Shown here: positions 12,740 to 23,996 of the stretch, one piece after another
Layout: each line of letters starts with the position of its first letter
Numbering within the stretch: the stretch's first letter is position 1
Origin: Octopus sinensis
Taxonomy: Eukaryota
Assembly (NCBI RefSeq): GCF_006345805.1
Contig: NW_021825821.1
Coordinates: 434,001 to 498,000 of the forward strand
DNA length: 64,000 nucleotides
Direction: 5' to 3'
The notes under the pieces: generated by a model
Database searches by the model: none
What the model was told of the DNA's origin: nothing
The model's input: only the letters and a program-made list of their open reading frames with translations
Position numbers and translations under genes: made by a program

Positions 12740-15700
12740 ACCCCTACCTCTTTATTATCCTTCTTTCCTATCAACCGAGTCTCCTTTGTCTTAACTTTTT
12801 ATAACTTTTTCATAAAAATGAAGAGTCATAGAGGCTCGACAATTTTCGAGCCAAAAGATCGTATTTATGTAATTTCTCAACTTCAACTTGTTTCAGAGGA
12901 TCCTTAGAAGTGATTCCCGTTTTGATGAAAGTAATTTCATTTCTTATTTTGTAATACACAAAAATGTCAGGCTTGTTAAAATGAATTTGTGTCTGTAAAT
13001 ATTTAAGTATCGACGTCTATCTAAATATTTTGTGTAGATAAAATTGACTAAACTAAGTATCTTCAATTTTTTTACTTTTGTGATACCATAGTTTTTACAG
13101 ACATTTAAGTGAATGAACTTCACTACTTTGTTATGTTTTCTGACATAATTGCTGTAAAGATTTCCCCTATCCCCGCTGACCTACAATTTTTTGCTTCTCA
13201 TACATAATGCTCTTTTAGTTGAAAAAACAAGTTCACATTCTCTAGTGACAATATAGTGCCTCATTTCTGAGGGGGAATGTTTCTTTTTTAAACCTTATCT
13301 CTTGAAGTTTCTACATTCAAATCTTTCAGACATTTCAACACTGAGCTTGCATTTATTCTTCTTCATTAACCAACCCATTTGGACAGTTTTGATTAACTCA
13401 ACTCCTTATTCATAAATTAAAAATCCTGCAATTGTCGATTAGTGCATTTTTTTTTTTTTTTTTTTTTTTTTAAATGAATTAATTATTGAAATAAGTTAGT
13501 CAATGATTAAAAGGCACTTGCGGTTGCACGCATGATGGAGTGTGCATTGCCGCGAACGACAGCTATTCCAATTTGTTGGAATAACCATGACACTTCTCGA
13601 GGCTCCCCACGTCGCCTAGCAACTTTTCCTCCGACTTCTCTGATGAAAGAAGTCGTAAGAGGGCCGGTTACCCCAGAAGTCTCCACAGCGATAGGTACGA
13701 AGCGGTACCGTTGTCCAAGATTTGCGTATTTGGCAATTTTTCTTTGCTCTGCAGCATCTGCTGCAGAACCTGGAGAAACAGCAGAAGAGATCATATTAGT
13801 TTTGGAATGGGTGTCAACACACGTTGAATCCCAAACCAACGATTTTCCACAGGAGTAGGGAAAAGTGGTCATTCATCCATCGGGTCTTTTCCCATCTCCA
13901 CGATCTAAGCCCACTGGCTCTAGGATCGAGGGGAAGCCCGCCGACTCAAGAGCTCTTAAGATAACATTGTTAATAGCGGAGTGCCGAGGAGCTCGGCCAG
14001 CACTTCGTTTGCAAGAGAGTGGGTGTACACCTTTGACGTCAACCATTTTTCCACATCTACAACGATGTTGTTCGCAGATGTCAAGTCCGAGTCTCAGTGC
14101 AGTACCGATACGCATGCAGTCATCCTCTAATAATGTTCCGAGGCCAGCAATTGGCATAGCATTCAGCCATGACCCACTGTGTGGCACAGCTGCAGAGCGT
14201 AAGCAGGCGAGGCGGTGCTGGTCGAGCCTCATTGCCAGGTTGTCTGCGGTGAATTCGCAGCGTAATTTGTCCCAGCTCTGTTGGAGTGATGTTTGGATCG
14301 GGAATTTTAATCCTGATTCCTTCCACAGCATACATCCATCTTCAAAAGGCCTGTCCAAAGAAGATTCGGGGGATTTATGTAGAATCTCCAAGGATAGCCT
14401 TCGGCAGGATGAGTGAGAGGACAGGAAAGCTGGGAGGGCAAGGTCCAGGGCGGATCTTAGGCCAGCTCCGCCAGAATTAAGAGGTAGTTTACACTGGGTC
14501 CACCCATCATTATCGAAACGGACATTTAGGATCCACTCGGCACACAATCTTAACGTATCATCGATAGAATGCAATATTTCATCTTGTATAAAGCAGGGCG
14601 AGCATCTCAATAAATATAACAGTTTGGGCACGTGGATGCAATTTTTGAGGAGGAAAAAGGCCGTGTGGGAGTCGAGTAGAGAGAGGCGTTCAGTAAAACG
14701 GGACATTTCGACACTCTTAGCTCTGAGGTGGTTTTGCACTTCGGACTCTCCGAAAGGACACCCAAGAAAATAAACATCGTTGAGGCGTGTTTGTTTTGTG
14801 TCTGGCAAGATTTCTGAAATCTTTTCCATTACTAAGCCAAAGTCTTGAATTGGGACTGAGATATTTATGATCTCAGTTTTTTTGGTGTTGATTATCAGCC
14901 CCATTTTTGCCAGGGCAGGAACAATTTTATATAACTCATCCAAGACGACATCAACAGGGCCACCAATAGTGGCATCGTCAAGGTACCAAAGGTTGAGAGG
15001 TGTCTTTACATTACGAGCCACCTCGTCGATTGACAGAGCGAATAGTAAGGGCCCAAGAGGGTCACCTTGTTGGACTCCAGTCCGTGAACGGACAATGTGT
15101 TTGTCAAAGACAAGCGAACTTTCGGACCCGTAAGCAAGGTGAGCCAGACTCATGATCTCTGGGGTACGCTGCGAGCACGATTCCAGCATACAGTCCCTTC
15201 TCAGACTGTTGAACGCGTTTGAGATATCCAGCTTCACCGCAAAGGAATTTGGGGAATGTCTTGTGTCAGGTGAAAAAAAAGCTCTTGTCGCGTGGACAGC
15301 AGCTTCACATCCGTTGGAAACACCAACTCCCAGTTGGACTGGAGATAATTCAGCGGCAACACGGGGACAGACTCTTCGAGCTGCAATTTTGCATGCGAGC
15401 CTCCGGAACATTACCGACTGCAATGGGGCGGACTCCTCCATCGTTCTTTCGGAAAGCAATAAGGTGTGAACAGAAAAGTAGATCCCTTGCAAAGCCTGAA
15501 ATCTCAGCATTGACAATCCGTTCGACAAGCTTGGTAATACACTTGATCAGGCGGATTCCAGTCTCCATAGTCAATCGGGAAATCATGTCCTTTATATGAC
15601 TCGGCCGGAGACCATCAAATCCCCCACTGCTACTCGGTCTGAAAGATTTAATCCCTTCCAAAATTTCATCATCAGAAATTGACAGTATAATTGCATTGTC

Positions 15701-17110
15701 TCGTGTGGGAAACTCCCGTAAGTCATCTGGGGGCATCGGATGTTTGTTTTTGAGGTGTTCCAAAGTCTCGGCAGTAGATTCAGCAAGTGAATCAGCGGAC
15801 GAAAGGACCCGAACTGCCGCACGGATGTCGCCATCCATGAGTTTACGACTAACTTGGGTTTTGAACCACTGGGGGGATTTTTCCGTGATGCACGTTTGGA
15901 AATTGGTCGCTTCACAATCGAAATCAATCCATGAGACATCCAATCTCGCAGAGTTCGACTTAATGGCAGCCGAGAGACTCTTCTTTTGTACTGAACCATC
16001 AATTGCTTGTCCAAACACACAAGGTGCAAAAGAGAGGAGACGGATCCAAGAATGGTCCCCCCCGGAGCTTAGCGCATCAGTGATAAGATCGCACAAGCAG
16101 TTTGCCGCTGAGATCCGAGCCTGTTTAGGGATACGTAATGGTATCTTCTTAGATTTCCGTAAGTTGGAAATTTTGAGAATATAGTGTTCTGATTTGGGTT
16201 CATGAAGCGAAGGAGACTGATGCTGCGAAGCCGAGATTCGGAGTAAAGCCATACAACAGTGGCAGCTCCAGCGCCGGAGTAATTTCACTGCGGCTTTGGT
16301 AAGGTGCGCGCAGCTAATATGCCAGAATTTATTACACAATGAACAGTAAACGCCACATTTCCTGGTGTTGATCTTATTACACCCATAACAGATAGAGGGA
16401 TCCCTCCCAACTATCCGAAGAGTTTCCATCGTCTTGGAGTCTTCTTCTTTCATTATATTTCGCTCACTCACCTCACCACAAAAATAACAGGTCTATTTGA
16501 TAAGGTGCAATTTATTAGTGCATTTATAGTTTACATTAATCTTTTTATGAACTGCAATGGTTTTTTCAATGCTTTCCCAAAACTAAAATAACATAAATCA
16601 ATTTTGAAGACAATCGCCTTTAATTATTTTTCAAAATTTTTCTAAAAAGTTTTTGTTTGCTGGCTTTAAGTGTGTTCTGAGAAAGGCGAGCAACCGTCTG
16701 TTTTAAAAGATAAATATTTTCAAATTTATTATTTTTATTAATCCAATATGATAATTATATAGCGATAATGCGTATCCATTTTTTATCCACTGAAGGATTA
16801 AATAGTCAATGAAACAAAAAGCAATCAGGAACTACCCGGAGAAAAAATCAAGAGACTGTTCCCTCTAAGAAACGCATTCATTTATCACATAAAACAAATT
16901 TTCAGAGCTTAGCTTTGCTTTGGAAAGATTTATCAGTCTTTCTTTAACTTTCACTAAAATTCATTCTTTAATTTTCTCGTCAAGACATTACTTCCTTTGT
17001 CTTCTAACATCCCAAATAACGATATCTTACCAAACGGTATATAGTCCAAATTGGCCCCAGATTCTTGAAAATTCTTTTCCAACCAATTGTTATTTTTACT
17101 AATATTTTAA
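12740..17110 (-). mobile_element. Degraded R4-like element interrupted by the full-length CRE
   Basis: 16850-17100 gives YRYLGMLEDK...LSKAKLSS. 12740-13430 gives HNKVVKFIHL, NKPDIFV and KQVEVEKLHKYDLLA. Both are collinear with the 19-21 kb protein on either side of the CRE TSD. Confidence 0.75.
13447..16513 (-). mobile_element. Full-length CRE-clade non-LTR retrotransposon: PHD finger, RT, zinc knuckle, RLE; poly(A) tail; TSD
   Basis: N-terminal C4HC3 finger (CYGC...CSLC...WHISC...WSCHCC). RT motifs DISNAFNSL, GVQQGDPLGPLLF, YLDD. RLE motifs RPDG / WDSTC / AVETSG. 25-nt poly(A) at 13447-13471. TSD ATTAGTGCA(TTT) at 13438 and 16514. One frameshift near 15410 and one in-frame TGA at 13873-13875. 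Confidence 0.93.
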
Positions 17111-17217
17111 ACCAAAAATGTAAATTTAATTAATCACTTATAAGGAAGTTCCTTAAAAACGTAATTATCATAATAAATTCATGATTTCAAAATAAAAATT
17201 CTCATTATAAATAAATT

Positions 17218-18550
17218 TTATATTATATTGCAAAAATAGCACTCACAGTTGTTACAATCTTGGACTTCAACATCAGACAGTAAAGAAGAATCAGTCAACT
17301 CAAGAGCAATCACAGTTATGTTGTCGGTTGACTCCCTTTCGATCGCTTTTTCTACTAATGCAGTCGCCATGTCTTGTCCATTTGAGCTTATAATGATTTC
17401 TCTCAGCTCATTATCTTCCACCACATCCCATAGCCCATCAGAGGCTACGACAAGATGACGAATAGACCAATCATCAAGAGCAGCAACCTCAGCTACACTG
17501 CACACTGAAGGTTTTAGATAATCTGATCCAATTGCCCTGGATACAGCCAAAAGTCCATTCACTCTCCAACCGTCGACATAATCAACACTCCCGCCACTCT
17601 TTTCAATCCTCTCCTTTTCGAATTCTGGTTTATGAGGACGTGTTAGTCTGTAAACAGACATATCCCGGTGGACACTTGCAATCTCGCTGTCCCCAACCCA
17701 AGAACAGTAAACATCTCCCTCGTAGATTAGGACAATCGACACTGTTGAGCCACTTTTATCTCCCTAAACCGGTAAACCAGTAAAAAATACTTTTTTACAA
17801 AAACGAGCATCGCAATCTGCAATAGATTTAATAATTGCATTTTTCACATTGTCCTTATTAGAGGGACGCTCAATCAAGGAAAGTCGGTCAGCTATAAACT
17901 GATGGAGATGACATGATGCATAAACAGCTGCCTTATCTCCACAGTGTCCGTCAAACACACCAATATAAGAAGCATTCCCCTGAAAGTCTAAAAATTGTAA
18001 AAAACCTGAAAACGACTGACCAAGGCAAGGTCAGGAATCATGGAATATGTATCTTCCATATGTGGTCTTTTATTACGAATTGACTTGATAGAATAATTTT
18101 TAATGAACATTGGAAAAAGAGATTTCCCTCCGGAGTTTAGACGTGTTTTGTTAATAAAAGTTTTGACCTCAATAAGTGAGCACTTTTGACATTCTTTTTC
18201 TAATTGCTCTCCAAATTTTGTTGCCATCACTTCCAATTCGTCATTTCCGTTGAATTCCTCGTCAATCAGAAAAGCTTCCACGGCACGACGAGTTAGATTT
18301 GCGGAGACAACCCATGGAAGATCAGGGCAATGATTACAAAATAAGGTCAGTCCATAGGAAATTAGTCTTCCAAATAATTCTTCTTGAGGCACCCTCTCAC
18401 CACCTTTTTTACGCCTTCTCACCACAACGGAGGAATTCAGATTTGGGTCATTTTTTTGTTTGGAATTGTTAAATGAAATAAGTTTCAACTTGAGTGTATT
18501 TCCATAGGAGAGTTGTCTGTTTTCATCTTTAAATAAGAACGACAAAGCTT
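17218..18550 (-). CDS. PPM1E/F: Protein phosphatase 2C, PPM1E/PPM1F (POPX/FEM-2)-like; 5' exon(s) unresolved
   Basis: Motifs IRNKRPHMED, GVFDGHCG, SGSTV, WVGDS, HKP, GWRVNGLLAVSRAIG, ASDGLWDV and STDNITV across three exons. WRVNG and the long N-terminal extension favour the PPM1E/F subfamily. The last exon end is uncertain. Confidence 0.85.
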
Positions 18551-18899
18551 CTTAATTAATTCTATAAAAGTTATATATTATAAATTAAAAAAATGATTAG
18601 AATCAACAAATAGTAATGTAATCCAAATTTTAATAATTATTCTGGATTATAAATAAATTCAAAAAATATAATAAATTTAAAATTTATATGAAAATAATTC
18701 AATTTCATAGAGATAATTTTGTTGGCTATACTAAAAATTTAACTAAAGGTGTTAATTAATAAATTTAAGTAATCGATCTTAAATTCAACGTAATTATCAG
18801 CAAAGTAGATTAGAATAAACCACAACCGGAATCTACGTGATAATTTAGATTAAACAAGCAAAAAACAACTTTTTAAATAAAGTTTTTATTTGAAATTGG

Positions 18900-21420
18900 A
18901 TAAGATTAATAGCCGAATAAAGACTAATTATTTATCAATTGAACTAATTAATGCGTCCTCTTACTCGATTCTCCTCCTCTTCGAGCTAAAGCCAATCTCT
19001 TCGATGGACACACTCATCCATCTCACAGGGTTGGCCTCTTCTGTGGTCGTTCTCAAGTTCGACTCAATGGCCTCACTTGGCAGAGCCTCTTCCATTGTTC
19101 CATTTGTAAAACGAGTCGTTTGGCATTCTTCCGGCGGGATCATTCCAAATTTGTGTTCTACACGCATACTCTCCAATGTTTTTCTGATAACCACCGACTG
19201 AATGTAAGCTCGTGTAAGTTCTTCCAAACCAATAGTATCGCAGTGATGTTTATAGTATTTACTCACAACACCATCCCACGTTAGTACCAATGGTACTATG
19301 GTTACCTTGGCTTTGTGGATTAATCCCAGTTCACTGGCAAGCAGGTCGTACTTGTGGAGCTTTTCCACTTCGACTTGCTTTAATTTTTTTGAGAGGTGAT
19401 TCCAATCTCTATAAGCATGACTGTGTTCCTCATTTTGTCAAGTACAAAGATATCTGGCTTGTTATTCTCAACCCTCGTATCCGTATTAATTGTGGTGTCA
19501 ACACGAATCTCCACAGAGTTATTCGCAGCCACTGATTGAACAGAGTGGGTTTTCAATTTCTTAGATTTCTTGATTCCATACTCCCTGCATAGATGTAGAT
19601 GTACACATTTCACTACTTCGTTGTGTCGTCGTAAGTAGTCACTATTCAGCATTCGACCACACCTTGTTGCCAAGTGGTCAACAGTCTTTTTGGAAGAGTT
19701 ACAGTGACTGCAAATTGCCCCAACATTGTCGAAAAATAGATTACGGTCCTGTATAAAGCATAGCAAAGCCTCGGATCTTGGTGAGTTATTTCCATGTGAT
19801 AACCAATGAGAAGATTCTGCAACGTCGACATTGGAATCATTCAAGCAATCAAAGAGAATTGCATGTAATGGTTTTTTCATTATTTGCTCAATTAAGTTGT
19901 TCTGCAATTCTCTCAGCATGTTCAAATCAAGACTTCCAATATCTTGGATGTTGTATTTGCGCTTGAGGTATTCAGCAATTGTGGCCAAATGTGTTCTCTT
20001 TGAATTGATGACCCGCAGAATCCCTCCTTTTCTTATGCAGTAACGAGATTTTTTTTCAAAATCACGAAGGAATTGAAGTAGTATCCGTTCACTTTTATGA
20101 GTAATGGATACAAGTCCTCTTCCAAATTGATCTCTTGGAAGGTAAAGCCTTTCCTTGTTTGCAGGCTTCAAATGAATTCGATGATGTACAAGGATGCTGC
20201 GTACATTTTTGTCAATTTGTTCAAACTCAAGTGGCTCAATGTCGACAAGCCCAATATAATAGTTATAGAGGGATAATGCGTGTTCATTTATGGCTTTAAA
20301 TAATCTACACGAGTTTAGTTTGGTCTTCGAAAGATTGTCGATCCCCTTTTTTAGTTCCCCAAAGAGTGCCTTCAATACTTCGCTTTTCAATACATCGCTT
20401 CTTCTATCTTCTAGCACTCCAAGGTATCTGTAACCTTCCATCCCATCAAGCAATTTAGCTTCAGACCCAAGGTTTGTCAGATTAGTTGCAGACTTTTCGA
20501 CATTTTTTTCCAGTCCGACAGCTTCGAAGAAATTGTTTACCTCATTCATCATATTCATCATTGTATCTTCTTTTTGTGAAAATATTTTTAGATCATCCAT
20601 AAACAGTAAGTGATTTGTTGTATATGTAATACAACCCTGATCTTGGTTATCAATCATCACTTTTGGGTACTTAGCATTCAGAATTCTACTAAGAGGATCC
20701 ATCACCAGGGCAAAGATTTGAGGTGACAAGGAATCACCCTGGAGTATGCCTCTTTCCAATTTTACCTCTCCGATTTCATTATGATTCAGAATTACCTTTA
20801 TTCTCCACTTCGTTACAAGGTTCTTCACAAAATTCACAATCCAGCTAGGGAGTCCAGAGTTTTCAAGCACCTGGAACAGAAAGTCGTGATCTACCGAATT
20901 GAACGCTTTCTTTACGTCAATCCAAGTAGAAAACAAATTATTTCCGTTTTGCTTGTGAATGCACCGGTTAAGAATTGCTTGTTCCTTTGCCCCTTGACAC
21001 ATTCGCCGAGTTCCCAATTGATTATCGGCAATCAGATTATATGCCTCAATATAATCTCTCAACTTCCTGTTAACACATTTCGTTGCAAGCTTATATATAG
21101 ACATACAAGTAATTGGTCTCAAATCTTCGGGTCCTTGACAAATATCTTTCTTTGGGATGAGATATGTGATTCCAGTGTAGAACCACTCATCCGGTATGTA
21201 TTCACCATGGATTATCTTGACTAGTTCTTCACACAAGTGATCATGGATTGAGGTCATTCTTTTTAGAAAGAAGTTTTAAACTCATCAAGTTTTTTTATCA
21301 GCCTTAGGTGCCTGTTGCTAAAAATCGTTCTTACTTAAATAGTTTTCCATTTCCAGTTTGGTGATCCGCCAGGCTGCTGGCCTTCCCTTCGTTTAATCTT
21401 TTATCACTTTTGTTTTCCAT
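18900..21420 (-). mobile_element. R4/Dong-like RLE non-LTR retrotransposon, 5'-truncated, near-intact ORF
   Basis: ORF 19380-21257 with RPITCM, DVKKAFNSVDH, GILQGDSLSP, LFMDD, CxxC-H-C knuckle (CSHC...VDHLATRC), RRHNEV and KPDI...IEIG. A frameshift near 19375 continues into EKLHKYDLLA...VPLVLTWDG (18961-19368). Confidence 0.92.
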
Positions 21421-21779
21421 TTTAATTACATTGATTAAAAATTTTAAACTTTAAAAAATTTATGAAAGTTATTCAAAAGTGCTTACTAAGGAAGTGTCTC
21501 GCGTGTCACAATTACCGATGTTGAGCAAAATAATGCGCAATACATATCTTCCAAGGCAGAGAAGACAAAGTTAAGAAGTTTTTTTGTTTCTTTTGCCTTT
21601 GGAACCAGTAGTGTCATTGACAAGCGTACAAACGTGATTTTTATGAGATCGGACATTGATCTTTACAAAAACCAATGAGACAAGGTGGCTGTTCCAAAGG
21701 GTTTCATTTACAATCCTTATTATTATGACACATCCTGTAAAAGCATAAACAAATTTATAATGCCACACGTGTTACAACT

Positions 21780-22520
21780 AAGACAATCTTTTAACTATCC
21801 TAATCCAGCCCTCTAGTTATGGGCGAGAGCCCGTAGAGAATCCTGGTCATCACCGTTTTGTAAATTGAGACAAAAGTGTAATGTTTAGTATTCAGTGTAA
21901 TGTTTAGCATCCACGACCCACTTTCGCTAAAGCCAGGCCCACCCATCTCTATATAAAACCCAACAGAATTTACTTCTCGGTAGAAAATCTCCCTGTCATA
22001 CTTCTTAACATCCAGAGGAACTCTTATCCATAGTTGTACTGAGTCACATAAACGCTAGTGTTAATGAATATCTGGCGCTAAGTCACATCGGATTCGGGGT
22101 AGAAAGATTAACTGCGTATATCGTCGGAGTCACGGATGGCGATGTGATAATCAACAGAAATTTAAAAAAGTCACGACCATCCTCGATATCGACATATCAA
22201 AAATCTTTGAGTGTGTCCGCCGTGACCTACTTATTGAGGTCCTACAATCGGATACTAAATTGAAGACCATATATTACTCTCACCGCAAGCAGCTGCGCCT
22301 TCTACACGGACTTGATTAGCCATCTAAAATCAATAATCAGCCACTCTATAAACGCTACACCGCTCACTTAAAAAATTGTGGTAGGGCGCTGGAAATTGTT
22401 TAAACACATCTTGAGACTATGCCCAGTCACTTTCGCTAATCTTGCAATAGACAAATACTTTATGATTTATGACGATAAATATCGTGGAAGATCAAGATTT
22501 ACCCTCTCGGGAGTTCCCAA
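21780..22520 (+). mobile_element. Degenerate APE-type LINE relic (late RT / post-RT)
   Basis: Broken frames resemble NPVLYVAGEIIPVIKNPKILG and LRTITG of the LINE at 56820-58125. Many stops. Confidence 0.45.
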
Positions 22521-22624
22521 TTTTGTTAAAATCCTTCAAATTGTAAATTAATCCTCTTGACGGCATGTTCAATATTTTAATTACTATTTACGTCTTATCA
22601 AAAATTCATTGATATAAGTAAAAA

Positions 22625-23177
22625 TTAATTAGGAATATTGTTATGAATTCCATTCCACTGTCTCTTCACTAACGGAGTCATTAAAACCAAAAGATATAAT
22701 ATTGACCCAAGTCCAATTAATGCCGTAAATAGAAGACATCCAAAAGTGACACGATTTCCTTCCTTAACGATATAAAAATTATAAATTTATTACAAGACGA
22801 GATATGTTCGTGACAGAGTTATTGGAAACGGATAATTCGAGGATTGATTCTGTCAAAATCATTCCAGGTCCCAATATTAGAGATATTAAATTCATTCCCC
22901 AAAATCCGTAAATCTTTTAAAAAATAATTAGAAATATTCTCACGTATTTTGTTTTTTTGGAATTCGCTAATAAAAATCCAAATATCCCGTCCAAAAGCAT
23001 CTAAGACCATTAAAATTCCTTCAATACAGTGAAGCCGCCGTAAATTCCGAAATACCGAATATCAACGACTTGTTTAGCTTCAATATGAAGCGTGTCAATA
23101 GCAATGGAAGCCATAGAACTAAAAAAAACACAAGTTGAAGCAATTCTTATTTTTCTACTATCCTGAATTACTGACAT
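22625..23177 (-). CDS. CD20/MS4A-like four-transmembrane protein (154 aa, 4 exons), absent as a unit from the ORF track
   Basis: Three phase-0 GT-AG introns (27, 30, 31 nt) give an uninterrupted frame: MSVIQDSRKIRIASTCVFFSSMASIAIDTL...YFGIYGGFT|MLLDGIFGFLLANSKKTKY|IYGFWGMNLISLILGPGMIL...NNSVTNISRL|EGNRVTFGCLLFTALIGLGSILYLLVLM...NIPN. Four hydrophobic segments and N-glycosylation sequons in loop 2. The family call is by pattern only. Confidence 0.65.
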
Positions 23178-23489
23178 TTTGTTTAGACATAAACAAATAG
23201 CGAAAACATAGAAAAATTGTTATAGAAACATATTATTGATGAGTCGAACGTAGTAGTGACATTATCAAATACCCATTAAATTATATTCACAATCCAATAA
23301 TTGATTAATACTAACAATCCAATATTAGTTTCTCTGACAGTTTAAATTTCCCTCTATGTGAACAAATTATAGTCTCCGAAGAATCAATCGTCTTGAGTCG
23401 ATATATGTCACCTTAACGTGGAGTTATCTGGATGCTACTATTCACGTAGCAACAAAAAGACCCCCAAATATCTTCCCCATCAGTGAATT

Positions 23490-23900
23490 AGTCATCTGAT
23501 TTGTTCTTGGCGGCTATTGAGAGGGCACAAAATCGTCGCTCTCAACCGTTGCTTATGCACTTTGGTGACATTGAATCAAATCCAGGACCAAGGAATCAAG
23601 AAAATTTCCTGAACATCAATGGTCTCTATCACAAAATTATACAACGTTCCTTCTTCATGTCGGCAAATCGGATTGATACTGCACTTATACAGGAGACGAG
23701 AACTCAGCTTATTGACTCTCCCGAAATTAGAGGATACTCGACCGTTAGGCAGTGGTGGCGGAAACGTCCTCAATTTTGTCAAAGCTCAATTCCGTTCACG
23801 GACTCAACAGCTGCTACTCGTTCCCTACTAAATCAAGACATGCACATTAAACTTACATCAATCATAGCGGATATTGACGGCTCTCCGAAATGCTGGCAAT
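23490..23900 (+). mobile_element. LINE fragment: 2A-like motif followed by the start of an APE endonuclease
   Basis: LLMHFGDIESNPGP (DIESNPGP at 23567-23590), then NINGL, ALIQET and a GGG motif typical of APE domains. Frameshifted. Confidence 0.7.
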
Positions 23901-23996
23901 AAAAAACTCAATTCTTTGCGGTGATCTCAATAAAAAAACCTACTATAGCTCTCTAACTAACCTAAGAATCAAAGAGGTGACCAAATTTTTTTGGTT

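Noticed and set aside
17218-17260. Cys-rich CaaX-like tail (CNNCECYFCNII) on the PP2C
   Set aside because: A perfect GTGAGT donor lies inside it, so the tail may be intron read-through; it cannot be called without cDNA.
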